Virus record (IMG/VR): IMGVR_UViG_3300043172_000799
Location: 1-28,943 of that record
Strand: one strand, 5' to 3'
DNA: 28,943 bases
DNA from: a virus
Lineage: Duplodnaviria; Heunggongvirae; Uroviricota; Caudoviricetes
The notes beneath the pieces were generated by a model that worked only from the letters and a program-made list of their open reading frames with translations, ran no database searches and had not been told where the DNA came from. Within the stretch, counting starts at the first letter, position 1. Each line of letters opens with the position of its first letter. A program made the position numbers and the translations under genes. Positions 16,120 to 25,519 of this stretch are shown here, one piece after another.

Positions 16120-16715
16120 ACTGTTTCTCCTTTAAAATTGTCATAGTATCTATAAAGACTTTTAACAGTTTCATCTTTCTCTTTAGCCCCATCATAACAA
16201 ACATAAGTATTTGTTAGAGTCCCACCCCATTTTTCAATCTCAGTTCTGATAGCATTTCTTGTTTTACCAGAGTAAAAGGAATCATCAAGGAATATAAATT
16301 CATTCCCTTTTATACCCTCTTTGTTTGGCTCTAAAGAAATAATCTTTTTACCTTTCCTTAGTCCACCGTTCACAAGGAAATATTCCCTTGGAAAGACAAA
16401 CTTGTTAGAAAGATATAATCCAAATTTTCCACTCAGGATAATGTTGTAAGGATAATCCTCTATCATATGAAATAGGCTGGTAATGATAGATTTATTTTTC
16501 ATGGCTTCATCAAGATTGTTAAAGAAGACTTCTCCACCTTCATGCTCTTCAATCATTTCTACCACAATTTTGTTAAGATCTTTCATTTTTACAACTTTGT
16601 ATCCTGGTTTTTGTTCATTTACTTCCTCCACTTCTTTATACACTTCTAAATCTTTACTATTGTTTAACTTTGCCTTTAATCTTCTTCTTGCATTTATCTT
16701 TTTTCTTCCGTTCAT
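16116..16715 (-). CDS. type I phosphoribosyltransferase-fold protein
   Basis: PRPP-binding loop FIFLDDSFYSGKT. Confidence 0.8.
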   Translation of the reverse strand: MNGRKKINARRRLKAKLNNSKDLEVYKEVEEVNEQKPGYKVVKMKDLNKIVVEMIEEHEGGEVFFNNLDEAMKNKSIITSLFHMIEDYPYNIILSGKFGLYLSNKFVFPREYFLVNGGLRKGKKIISLEPNKEGIKGNEFIFLDDSFYSGKTRNAIRTEIEKWGGTLTNTYVCYDGAKEKDETVKSLYRYYDNFKGETV

Positions 16716-17679
16716 ACTTCCTCCTTAGAAAAATAATCAGTTATTGATTTTTTTATAGAACCCACATTCCACTCCATTCTGTTATTTTCAGATATAAGGG
16801 ACTTCCCTCTATACTTAATTGATTTTAACAACTTTCTGTATCTTACACAATCCTTTTTAGGAATATTGGTGGCAATAGCTATATTTACATCACTGTTAAG
16901 GATGACTGAGCCATTGTCCTTTTCCAATGCATCCACGTATTTTAATACAATATCTACTTCGTTTTCTTCTTGAACAGGAGCTGTTTCAAAACTATCTGTA
17001 GTAGCAAACAGAGCTACTTCCAATAGAACAATCAACACTACAAAAATCCAGAAGAGTGTTTGTGCTCCCGTTAAGCCTATGTCTTCCCCTATTAATGAAA
17101 AAATGTCAGTGCTAACACTCGTAATATTTTTAGCTTCTTCTATTAAACTATTCACAAGAGCAGTTCTTTCAAAGAGAAGATCTCCCATTTCAGATTCTGC
17201 AAGAGCCGTGTCACTTGTCATTTTGCCAACACCTGTGTAATATGCACCCTCCAAACTACTGAGTTTTTCTTTTTCCGCTATAGAAGCATCAGATGATCTG
17301 TTCAATCTCTCTATCTTTTTATCTATTTGATCAATACTAAACTCTATATTTTCTGAAGATATATTAGTCTTTCCTGCATATTTAGTGTTAACTTCACTGA
17401 TCCATAGCTTGCCACACCAGATATGGTGGCTGAGGCTAGGTACAGTAGGCTAAACACTATGGTTATCACTACTTTATGCTTCATTTTCAACTCTTTGATG
17501 ATAAAGCTTTTGAGTAATTCTAGGGCCACACCCATGGATATCCATACAATCTAATAAAATAGGTTATTAGAGAATGCCAAGAACATTATTAAGGTTAAGT
17601 CCATTGACACCCAGAACAACAGGAAATGTGACAACTTTTTATAGAATTTGTGATCCATCATATTTTTTAATTTGCTCAT
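16712..17679 (-). pseudogene. interrupted multi-TM + coiled-coil membrane protein gene
   Basis: ATG 17679 (GGAGG RBS, after a promoter) is in frame with the 17344-17535 ORF but hits TAG at 17551-17553. A 1-nt shift near 17371 (GGAAAG) joins it to the 16712-17305 ORF. Confidence 0.75.
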
Positions 17680-17701
17680 ACTAATTCCTCCGATTGAATA
17701 A

Positions 17702-17730
17702 ACAATAACATACATTTAAAAATCAGTCAA
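17702..17730 (-). promoter_or_regulatory. sigma70 promoter
   Basis: TTGACT-17 nt-TATTGT with extended -10 TG. Confidence 0.7.
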
Positions 17731-17808
17731 GCACTTTCTTACACTTGTGTGATTATATTTGAAACGTATGATATACTTAGGGTAACAAGAGTAAATGAGG
17801 AGAGGCTA

Positions 17809-18030
17809 ATGGTTGATGAGAAAGGAAGAATTTGCACTGTCTGTGATGTGTATAAATTATGGGAAGAATTTGGAATAGAGAAATATGTAAAGTCAGGACA
17901 CAGATCCAACTGTAAGGTCTGTGAAGCTAATAAGAAAGCTGAATATTACCAGAAGAATAAGGATGACATTAAGAAACAACATGCAGAATATTATTTAAAG
18001 TTGAAGGAGGCATATGGTGGAGAAATATAG
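17809..18030 (+). CDS. zinc-finger protein homologous to the HNH endonuclease N-terminal repeat (no nuclease domain)
   Basis: VDEKGRICTVC..YKLWEEF....SGH...CKVC; start placed at ATG 17809 after GAGGAG. Confidence 0.75.
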   Translation: MVDEKGRICTVCDVYKLWEEFGIEKYVKSGHRSNCKVCEANKKAEYYQKNKDDIKKQHAEYYLKLKEAYGGEI

Positions 18031-19090
18031 GATTGACGATAAGGGAAGAGAATGTTCTGGGTGCAAAGAGTATAAACTTTGGGAAGAATTTCATGATGCT
18101 AGACCACCAAAGTGTAAAATTTGTACAAGAAAAAGGGATACAGAGAGAAGTAGAGCTAATGGTGTGAAAGAGAAAGATAGATATATAGTAGATGGGGAAG
18201 GTAGGGAATGTACTATTTGTAGAAAATATAAAGAATGGGATGAGTTTGGTAGTAAAAAGCTTGGTGTAAGAGGATATAGTAATAAATGTAAAGTGTGTAC
18301 AAGAGAGCAGGACAATGATAGGAATCGAGCCAAAGGGATGAAGGAGAGAAAGAAATATAGGATTGATGATAAAGGAAGGGAATGCAGTAAGTGTGGGAAA
18401 TATAAGTTATGGGAAGAATTTAACGACTGCAAACCAACTGAATGTAAAGAATGTATTTCTAAAACCTACCAAGAGAATAAGGAAACAGTAGCAGAGCGTC
18501 ATAAAGAATATAGGAATAATCACACAGATAGTATACGGGAATATCAAGAAGTGTATAGAAAAAATAACAAGGAATTAATACAAGAAAATAGCAGGAAGTA
18601 CTATCAAGACAATATTGAGAATTTTAAAGAAAGTAATACAAAATATTATGCTGAAAATAAGGACAAAGTAATAGAAATAAATACAAAATATTATGCTGAA
18701 AATAAGGACAAAATGTTAGAAAAGAAGAATCAATATCAGAAAGAAAGACGTAAAAATGATCCAGAGTTTAAGATTCTGCTCAATACTCGTGGTAGAATTG
18801 GTATGGCTTTAAAAGCACAGAATGCATATAAGAACTTCAGAACGATAGATATTTTAGGTTGTTCTCCAGCAAAATATAGGAAGTACTTAGAGAATCAGTG
18901 GTATAATAACATGACATGGAAAACTAATACAAGAGATGGTTGGCAAGTACACCACACCATCCCAATATATATGTTTAATCTAACTGATCCAGAACAATAT
19001 ATGCAATGCTTTCACTACACTAATACTCAACCTTTATGGAAAGAAGACCATGAAGAAGCCCATAGATTACTACGAGCCATAACCAATTAA
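18014..19090 (+). CDS. HNH-type endonuclease with three N-terminal zinc-finger repeats
   Basis: Three copies of Y..D..GREC..C..YK.W.EF...CK.C; 15-aa helical repeats; WQVHHTIP...CFHYTNTQPLW...H...H. Confidence 0.85.
   Translation: MVEKYRIDDKGRECSGCKEYKLWEEFHDARPPKCKICTRKRDTERSRANGVKEKDRYIVDGEGRECTICRKYKEWDEFGSKKLGVRGYSNKCKVCTREQDNDRNRAKGMKERKKYRIDDKGRECSKCGKYKLWEEFNDCKPTECKECISKTYQENKETVAERHKEYRNNHTDSIREYQEVYRKNNKELIQENSRKYYQDNIENFKESNTKYYAENKDKVIEINTKYYAENKDKMLEKKNQYQKERRKNDPEFKILLNTRGRIGMALKAQNAYKNFRTIDILGCSPAKYRKYLENQWYNNMTWKTNTRDGWQVHHTIPIYMFNLTDPEQYMQCFHYTNTQPLWKEDHEEAHRLLRAITN
18635..18712 (+). repeat. 33-bp intragenic direct repeat, 45-nt period
   Basis: aatacaaaatattatgctgaaaataaggacaaa twice (NTKYYAENKDK). 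Confidence 0.9.
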
Positions 19091-19128
19091 ATAAAAGCCC
19101 ACATATTTGACGTATGTGGGCTTTTATT
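19090..19128. terminator. bidirectional intrinsic terminator
   Basis: aataaaagcccacata-loop-tatgtgggcttttatt between convergent genes. Confidence 0.85.
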
Positions 19129-19132
19129 ACTC

Positions 19133-19309
19133 TCAACCATGATCAGTATTGTTTGCCCATGTCCAGAAAAGCAACACCAGCAGTAATTTCCAGCCATACA
19201 ATGTAAGACACAGGGTTATAGCTATAATCCATACCAATTGCCTATATATAAACGCTACTGGATTAGCTAAGTAAGATAGCTTGATCATACCAATTATATG
19301 CTTAATCAT
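19133..19309 (-). CDS. small membrane protein (58 aa, not in the ORF track)
   Basis: ATGA overlap with the upstream gene; hydrophobic; ends at the terminator. Confidence 0.55.
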   Translation of the reverse strand: MIKHIIGMIKLSYLANPVAFIYRQLVWIIAITLCLTLYGWKLLLVLLFWTWANNTDHG

Positions 19310-19572
19310 TTCTTACTCTTCTTAGTAGAAGAATTGTTTATACTTATTATAGTTGGTACTAAGGCTCGAATTTGTGTACCAACAAAATCAACCAAGATAC
19401 ACAACCCTACGATATGCCAATATGGAATGTTTAACCATCTTTCATCTAAAAACCCAAAGTACAGCATTCCAATTCTACTCCATATAAAATGCACAGGTAT
19501 CGCCCAAATTATTGATATTCCTAATCTAAATAGTACAGATACAATTCCTAGTATATACTTCATTCCAAACAT
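19306..19572 (-). CDS. two-TM membrane protein
   Basis: 88 aa; AAGGAGG RBS. Confidence 0.75.
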   Translation of the reverse strand: MFGMKYILGIVSVLFRLGISIIWAIPVHFIWSRIGMLYFGFLDERWLNIPYWHIVGLCILVDFVGTQIRALVPTIISINNSSTKKSKK

Positions 19573-19582
19573 TTACCCCTCC

Positions 19583-19933
19583 TTAATTAGATGATACCTT
19601 CACCACTTTCCATTCTTCAGCAATAGCCTTGTCTATATCCGAAAGCTTATCTAAGATATGGCAAACAGTATAATAAGCTTCATCCAATCTACTTTCTATA
19701 TCAGATATTTCCACTTCCCCTTTAAAATCTGCCATATATGCTTTAACAAATCCAATCAAACTCTGCCAAAGTGATCCATAATATCTAGTCCATGTCTTTG
19801 GTTTTCCAGATTCCTTTCCTGTTCGTGGACTAATTTTTACCACTTCTGTATGTGATTCCCAAACAAGAAAGAAATTACCTTCACTTTTTCTCTCGATGTA
19901 ATACTCTGTTTCACCTATTCTTAATTTATCCAT
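19583..19933 (-). CDS. hypothetical protein
   Basis: 116-aa ORF. Confidence 0.75.
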   Translation of the reverse strand: MDKLRIGETEYYIERKSEGNFFLVWESHTEVVKISPRTGKESGKPKTWTRYYGSLWQSLIGFVKAYMADFKGEVEISDIESRLDEAYYTVCHILDKLSDIDKAIAEEWKVVKVSSN

Positions 19934-20020
19934 ATAACCCTCATATTATTGCTAGAATCAATCACCTATCCAAAGTGATGTCCAAATACCTTTTTGCCTT
20001 AAAGATCAATGTATGATCTT

Positions 20021-20242
20021 CTACTGTTCTTCTACAGTATTATTTACATCCTGATTCTCAATGGATTCCATCAGGAGGATCTTTTCCGCTTTTTTAGTTC
20101 CTTCTATAAAGAAGTGGTATGCTATTACAGTCAGTTTATCAGTGTACCCATCATGATTAGTATTTAGATCCATATCCAATCCAGAGGCTTCTACACTATC
20201 CTCAAATCGTTCCATCAGTTCTGCTTTTATATCTTCTTTCAT
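20021..20242 (-). CDS. hypothetical protein
   Basis: 73 aa; AGGAG RBS. Confidence 0.7.
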   Translation of the reverse strand: MKEDIKAELMERFEDSVEASGLDMDLNTNHDGYTDKLTVIAYHFFIEGTKKAEKILLMESIENQDVNNTVEEQ

Positions 20243-20250
20243 TCTTTCTC

Positions 20251-20607
20251 CTATCCTAATAAATTTGTGATGTATTCAATAAGGAATACTCTTGGTGCTA
20301 CTACTATTTGTATTATAGTTAGTAAGTTTGCTGTTATTCCTGCAATTAGACCACAAATACCAAATGTAGGGAACATATAAAGAGCCTGTGCCTCACCATG
20401 TAACCATTCCCTCTTTATGGAAGTTACCATAAGTATAACCAATCCAACCAAAAACAGTACCAGTATAACCAAAAACACAATTGCCTGTGCCATTTCCCAT
20501 TTTAGTATCTCTTTTACATACAGTGGAATTTCTCCCGTTAACCATGTAGCTCCCGACTCTAGCCATGCTAGTGCTTTTGTAGCATATGTATTTAATATTT
20601 CATTCAT
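20251..20607 (-). CDS. membrane protein
   Basis: EIP.YV.EIL.W, two TM helices, AP..FLIEY; GGAGG RBS. Confidence 0.8.
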   Translation of the reverse strand: MNEILNTYATKALAWLESGATWLTGEIPLYVKEILKWEMAQAIVFLVILVLFLVGLVILMVTSIKREWLHGEAQALYMFPTFGICGLIAGITANLLTIIQIVVAPRVFLIEYITNLLG

Positions 20608-20709
20608 TTATTCCTCCAATTAAGCTCTGTAAGCTATCTTTCTATTTTATATGACACCAAGTATCACTTTCTTTCAAAGATTGCTTCTCGTATCACCTGT
20701 GATCAAATA

Positions 20710-21993
20710 TCAGTCATTCTCGTCTATAGATTCCGTCCTCCCTTTCAGCCAGTGATCAATCCATATTTGTTCCTCTTCATCCAGTGCATTTTCGTAGTCA
20801 ATTTCTTCAATCTCAGTACCGATGGCAGTTAGCTCATCTGGATTAATAAAATTGAAATCATTCACTGAAGGAAAGCAGTCATACTGAACACACATTTCAT
20901 CAGGAGACATATTGAAATATTTAGATATATCTTCTAAATTAGTACATAAGTTGTATATCATATTCTGATATTCATTTAAAATGCTTTGTACTTGGATTTT
21001 TGTTAGTACTCTCTGTTGGGTAAAATCTGGGATAGTTTTAATTCTATCTGATATCTTCCCAATCTCTTTGAAGAGTACCTTAGATTTATTATTACCCCTA
21101 AGTACTTCTAAAAATATAGAAGAATTATTTGTGAGGATAGGAGTAGAGGTATCAATTCTCTCCTGTGCCAACTCATGTAATTGCTCTTTAATTCCAGAGG
21201 ATGTAATTTTGTCTGATGTTTCTATTACTTTCTTGGCAACAGCTACCTGTGCTTCTTCTGTAGGATAGACTGATCTGCAATCAGGATCTCTGGTTATTGT
21301 CTCCACAAATGCTCTGGCATGTCCTACATCTGTAAATAGTTCTACAGCTTCTCTACTGATTGGAATGTGTACAGTTGCTTTCTTAGAGGTGGGTGGCTCA
21401 TCTTCAAAGGAGGTTATGATCTCCTGTTCTGCTGTTTCTTCTCCAGATAGAACTTTTAGGGAGATCTGAATTGTACTTTTAGACCAATTATCTCCAAGGA
21501 ACTTTTGAATAATGACTCTACCAACTTGGGGGGTCTGCCCATTCTGTTCAGCACCCCTATCAAATAGCTCTTTAGAATACCAGAGATCTTTACACCAATC
21601 ATCCAGATCTTCATAGATGACATTCTTGGCACTGATGTGATTCTCAATATATTTCTTAACAGAAGATACAGTCTCATTCACAACTCTAATATCTTTCTGC
21701 CCATACTCAAAGTTCTCATCAGCCATAATTTGTATCATCTCTACATCTGACAGATCCTTGATATTAATGTCAATTTCCTCGATACCCAGTTCCATCAATG
21801 CAATGAACCGATGATGCCCATAGGGGAATTCAAACTTACCCTCATGGATTTCAGATGGTCTGGCAATCATATTATCCCAGAATCCTGTCTTATTCATCGA
21901 TATCTTTAAGTTGTCTACCTTTTCCCGATCAATAGGATATGTCCTCATATCTCTAAATGGGTTAGGCAGTAGGCTTTCTACTCTCATAATCAA
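20710..21993 (-). CDS. ParB/Srx-like N-terminal domain protein
   Basis: L.PNPFR....PIDREKV..LK.S...TGFW.N...R......YGHHRF.AL...M..EN. Confidence 0.8.
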   Translation of the reverse strand: MIMRVESLLPNPFRDMRTYPIDREKVDNLKISMNKTGFWDNMIARPSEIHEGKFEFPYGHHRFIALMELGIEEIDINIKDLSDVEMIQIMADENFEYGQKDIRVVNETVSSVKKYIENHISAKNVIYEDLDDWCKDLWYSKELFDRGAEQNGQTPQVGRVIIQKFLGDNWSKSTIQISLKVLSGEETAEQEIITSFEDEPPTSKKATVHIPISREAVELFTDVGHARAFVETITRDPDCRSVYPTEEAQVAVAKKVIETSDKITSSGIKEQLHELAQERIDTSTPILTNNSSIFLEVLRGNNKSKVLFKEIGKISDRIKTIPDFTQQRVLTKIQVQSILNEYQNMIYNLCTNLEDISKYFNMSPDEMCVQYDCFPSVNDFNFINPDELTAIGTEIEEIDYENALDEEEQIWIDHWLKGRTESIDEND

Positions 21994-22280
21994 TCTTCTT
22001 CTCCTTTATCCACATCATAATCAGAAATACTATATTCATTTTCTTCTAAGTATGCTTCAAAAGTAGAATCAATATCCCCTAGTTGGTATTCTGTTCTTCT
22101 GGTTTTTGCTATCTTAGCTACAGAATCAAAATAAAGAATACAACCTGTAGTTACAGATTCCCCGTCCTCAAATCTATCATCATTATAAATTTCACCTTGC
22201 ATGCACACAGAGCCTAACTCCGGTGCTTGAAACGGGTTTTCCGTTCGCACCACTATACTCCAATTATCTAAACGTGTCAT
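21990..22280 (-). CDS. conserved-looking phage hypothetical protein
   Basis: LDNWS...PFQAPE.....QGEIY.D.RF.DG..V.T...T..T.Y.LG; start placed at the ATGA overlap at 22280. Confidence 0.8.
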   Translation of the reverse strand: MTRLDNWSIVVRTENPFQAPELGSVCMQGEIYNDDRFEDGESVTTGCILYFDSVAKIAKTRRTEYQLGDIDSTFEAYLEENEYSISDYDVDKGEED

Positions 22281-22528
22281 TCTTTCTCCTTCAATCTCCA
22301 TTCCCCAGAGGAATACCCTTCAGTCACAATAAGATTTGAAATCTCCTCTCTCAATTCCATTCGGGGATCATTCTCTGCCAGATCTGTGTTAATCATGAAA
22401 TACATTACCAATGAACAAAAATCATCCGGTGAGATTTCATGATTCCCAACTCTGATAACTCCATTAAGAATCTCTTTGGGATATGCCTTACATTCTATTT
22501 TACCTGAATTTGATAATTCTAAACTCAT
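22277..22528 (-). CDS. hypothetical protein
   Basis: 83 aa; AGGAGG RBS. Confidence 0.75.
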   Translation of the reverse strand: MSLELSNSGKIECKAYPKEILNGVIRVGNHEISPDDFCSLVMYFMINTDLAENDPRMELREEISNLIVTEGYSSGEWRLKEKE

Positions 22529-22529
22529 T

Positions 22530-22709
22530 TCATTTCCTCCTGTTCTTTTTCCTAGACTTTTTAGCCAGTTTAGATTTTCTTCTAGATGACTTTTTATTAT
22601 TTTCCGTCTGTCTAGTCGATTTTTTACCAGGGTTAAATAGATCTTTCATCAGGCCAACATGAAAACGCTTTTTCCAGTTCTGATTTTTATCTGCTAAGTC
22701 TCCAAACAT
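22530..22709 (-). CDS. small basic protein (59 aa, not in the ORF track)
   Basis: MFGDLADKNQNWKKRF...KLAKKSRKKNRRK*; AGGAGG RBS. Confidence 0.7.
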   Translation of the reverse strand: MFGDLADKNQNWKKRFHVGLMKDLFNPGKKSTRQTENNKKSSRRKSKLAKKSRKKNRRK

Positions 22710-22718
22710 TACTTCCTC

Positions 22719-23021
22719 CTAATTGGCGTTATATTTTTCAATTATTTCAATCCCAATTCCCTGCTTAAACATAAAAGTGGTCAAAGCATCTTTGTAGTTT
22801 AAAAAAACATTATCTAAATTTGCCTTTCTTTTAGCATTTGGCATGCCCATAATGGTTTTATATTCAAATGTAAACCTAGAAGTATCACCTTCAATTTCCA
22901 TACCCTTAGATGATAAAGTGTTATCATTCCACATTTCTATCTTGAGTGTATCATTCCAATCTACTATAACAAAGATATCACCTTTCCATCTTAATATTTC
23001 ATTCATTTTTTCGTAATCCAC
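22719..23021 (-). CDS. hypothetical protein
   Basis: 100 aa; GTG start with AGGAGG RBS; follows a promoter. Confidence 0.75.
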   Translation of the reverse strand: MDYEKMNEILRWKGDIFVIVDWNDTLKIEMWNDNTLSSKGMEIEGDTSRFTFEYKTIMGMPNAKRKANLDNVFLNYKDALTTFMFKQGIGIEIIEKYNAN

Positions 23022-23042
23022 TATTTCCTCCTGTTTTAACTA

Positions 23043-23136
23043 TACTGTAATTATATCACAATAGCTATAAAATGTCAAGATAATAATCATTTTACTGTAA
23101 TTATATCACAATATATACAAAATGATAAGATAATAA
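23043..23136. repeat. imperfect tandem duplication (50-nt period) of the promoter
   Basis: tactgtaattatatcacaata...aaaatg..aagataataa occurs twice; the second copy has a degenerate -35 (TTATCA). Confidence 0.85.
23050..23078 (-). promoter_or_regulatory. consensus sigma70 promoter
   Basis: TTGACA-17 nt-TATAAT with extended -10 TG. Confidence 0.9.
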
Positions 23137-24273
23137 CTATTTTACTATTTTACTATTTAGTATCTGCTCTATTTGCTTTGCTGTTGGAAAGATAAATATA
23201 TTATATTTTGTAGCTAGATGAGCAGAGTAACTCTCCAGTATTTTATTTCTTTGGTTGAATGAAAGGTAGCCAGTCTTGGCATTTCCTTCCCCCACTTGAG
23301 CTGTGATATATGGAAGGTATTCATATAAGAACATATTGAAATCCATAATCTTTTCTCTATAGATTTTCTTCCAACTATATAAATCATCGAGGAGAACTTC
23401 CCTCTGTGTTGCCCACTTCTTAAATGTCCTGATAATATTTTTTTGAATATCCAATTTCTCAGCTTCAGTAGCACTTCCTGTAGCTGATAACACAGAATAT
23501 GCTTTCTTCAGTAAAGAGGGAGTGATTCCAGTATCTTTTAATAAGTCCATGGTGGTCTCTCTCTTCTTAACTCCATTAACACAAACATGCAGAAACTCAC
23601 TATTACCTGTTTTATAGTGGCAAAAGAAACTTGGAAGTGCTGTGGGAAGCACTTTCTTATCTTCTGGAATATACTCTTTCTGAAACTTAATGGCATACTC
23701 CTCTACTACTGAAACTATTTCAGCAATTGAGAACTTACCTATATCTTCATCACCCATCCATTTTAGCTTGCCTCCATGCAGCAGGTCAATAATATATTTC
23801 ATAGCAGTAGCAACAGTCTTACTCTGTATCTCACCATACTGCTTGATGCCATGTGTAGAACATTCTTTAATATCATTCCATGCAGAAAACACTTGCATTG
23901 CCTTAATGTAATCTTCTATGGAATATTTGGGCTTGTACACAATATCGTTTATTACGTTATACCCAGATTTTGTGAGGGTATAACTGAATGTGTGCTGACT
24001 GATCAGATCTCTATCTTCTATTTTATCCAGATAACCATCATCTTTTAATTTATCCAGAAGAGTTCTAGTTATTCTTTTAGTAGCAAATACAGATGGATAA
24101 CATTGGTTAATAAATTTAGCAGATGTATTATTATCTGTTTTAGAAATTCTTTCTATTTCTTTTAACAGATAATATTCCAGTACATTTACATTATGTCTTA
24201 TCAGTATTTCCTGTTTTACATTTATCTTAATAAATTCTTCAGTATTTTCCTTTACCATTTCTGAATAGATCAA
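23137..24273 (-). CDS. large hypothetical protein with N-terminal winged-helix-like region (possible replication protein)
   Basis: TRTLLDKLKDDGYL...SYTLTKSG pattern; TTG start at 24273 after AGGAGG. Confidence 0.7.
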   Translation of the reverse strand: MIYSEMVKENTEEFIKINVKQEILIRHNVNVLEYYLLKEIERISKTDNNTSAKFINQCYPSVFATKRITRTLLDKLKDDGYLDKIEDRDLISQHTFSYTLTKSGYNVINDIVYKPKYSIEDYIKAMQVFSAWNDIKECSTHGIKQYGEIQSKTVATAMKYIIDLLHGGKLKWMGDEDIGKFSIAEIVSVVEEYAIKFQKEYIPEDKKVLPTALPSFFCHYKTGNSEFLHVCVNGVKKRETTMDLLKDTGITPSLLKKAYSVLSATGSATEAEKLDIQKNIIRTFKKWATQREVLLDDLYSWKKIYREKIMDFNMFLYEYLPYITAQVGEGNAKTGYLSFNQRNKILESYSAHLATKYNIFIFPTAKQIEQILNSKIVK

Positions 24274-24381
24274 AATAATCCTCCTGATTGTTCGTTTCAG
24301 CATGAAACGTTTAACTACGTAGTAGTTATAAATAACACTTGATTAATATATAATATAATTTATTTATATTATATATTATAT

Positions 24382-24403
24382 CACCCATCACATATGATGG
24401 GTG
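24382..24403. repeat. inverted repeat next to an A/T-only tract (candidate origin or operator)
   Basis: cacccatca-cata-tgatgggtg, adjacent to a purely A/T tract at 24343-24381. Confidence 0.6.
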
Positions 24404-24429
24404 GGTCTGCCCATCTCGTCATACCTTGT

Positions 24430-24801
24430 TTAGTAACAACGCAATGCTTTTGCCTTGTTAGTGGCATGAAAAAATACTTTTTTCTTACCAGTCTTGTTTT
24501 CTTCATAGATATCAACTAAGCCCATTGATACAAGGCTTGTAACTTCTCTAGTCATTGTGGATGGGGACAACTCCTGCCACTGCATACTGGAGAACAGCAT
24601 TCCATAGTTAATCCACACAAACTTCTTCCCCCGACTAGTGAATGTTTCCATTCCTTGAAATTCCGAGAGTTTTATTACTTCATACAACAACCATAATTGC
24701 CGAAATGTTGGTATACAGTCTAAACTGCACAACTTCTGGCAATCAAAGCCATACACATTTTGAATGTATTCATCTTTCTTCTGCTCTTTAAGTGCATTCA
24801 T
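24430..24801 (-). CDS. winged-helix DNA-binding protein resembling the N-terminal domain of phage replication initiators
   Basis: GKKFVWINY..L.......LS.STM.R....LV..GLV pattern. Confidence 0.65.
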   Translation of the reverse strand: MNALKEQKKDEYIQNVYGFDCQKLCSLDCIPTFRQLWLLYEVIKLSEFQGMETFTSRGKKFVWINYGMLFSSMQWQELSPSTMTREVTSLVSMGLVDIYEENKTGKKKVFFHATNKAKALRCY

Positions 24802-25094
24802 ATCCGTAACTTCTTTACATTCTCAGGCTTTACATATCTCCAACCCTTGAATTGTTCATTATATCTCTTAATTGTGGTGTAGTACCCATTATCAAGCTCT
24901 ATATCATTTACAAAATACATCAATTGACAGTGTTCTCCTAGAGGAAGAAAAACTCCCTCATCATCTACCCTGAACTTCCCGTCTAACAAAGCATTCTCTG
25001 AGTTAAATACCAGATAGCCTTTATCCAGTGAATCATTTATCTTATGGGCTATTCTTACAGCATTTTCCCAACGTTTCTCATACATAGGTTTCAT
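24798..25094 (-). CDS. hypothetical protein
   Basis: 98 aa; ATGA overlaps. Confidence 0.75.
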   Translation of the reverse strand: MKPMYEKRWENAVRIAHKINDSLDKGYLVFNSENALLDGKFRVDDEGVFLPLGEHCQLMYFVNDIELDNGYYTTIKRYNEQFKGWRYVKPENVKKLRI

Positions 25095-25519
25095 ACGTCC
25101 CCCATCATCTTCTTAGTGTATACTAATTCAACTTTATCTATAAAAACTTGCCATCCATGTTCATCTGGATTAATCCTTAATCGTTGCTTTATCTCATCAG
25201 AATCAATATACTCAATTGATAAGCTCCAATCCCCATCACCCCAATATCTGATAGAGAAGTTGTTGTAGAAGCCACCCTCACCTGTAGTGACAATCCTCTC
25301 ATCTATAAATTCTGTGAAAGCATTCAGTAGTAAATCAGAATCTTCTATTGAATTGTATGCTGATGTACTTCTGGATGTTACATTACTAACAGGAGTAATT
25401 TCTTCCTCATTGGGGATCTCTTTGTTCTGTATCATCCCTAGTAGTGTCAGCCCCATTAGAGCAAATAACACTACTATTATTACTATAGTTATTATTTGGT
25501 GTGTTTTTTGTGATATCAT
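25091..25519 (-). CDS. membrane-anchored hypothetical protein
   Basis: N-terminal TM helix; GGAGG RBS. Confidence 0.8.
   Translation of the reverse strand: MISQKTHQIITIVIIVVLFALMGLTLLGMIQNKEIPNEEEITPVSNVTSRSTSAYNSIEDSDLLLNAFTEFIDERIVTTGEGGFYNNFSIRYWGDGDWSLSIEYIDSDEIKQRLRINPDEHGWQVFIDKVELVYTKKMMGDV

Noticed and set aside
1185-17679. Stop-codon reassignment (TAG or TGA)
   Set aside because: Many genes end cleanly at TAG or TGA with ATGA overlaps or a following RBS, and only one clear in-frame TAG interruption was found.
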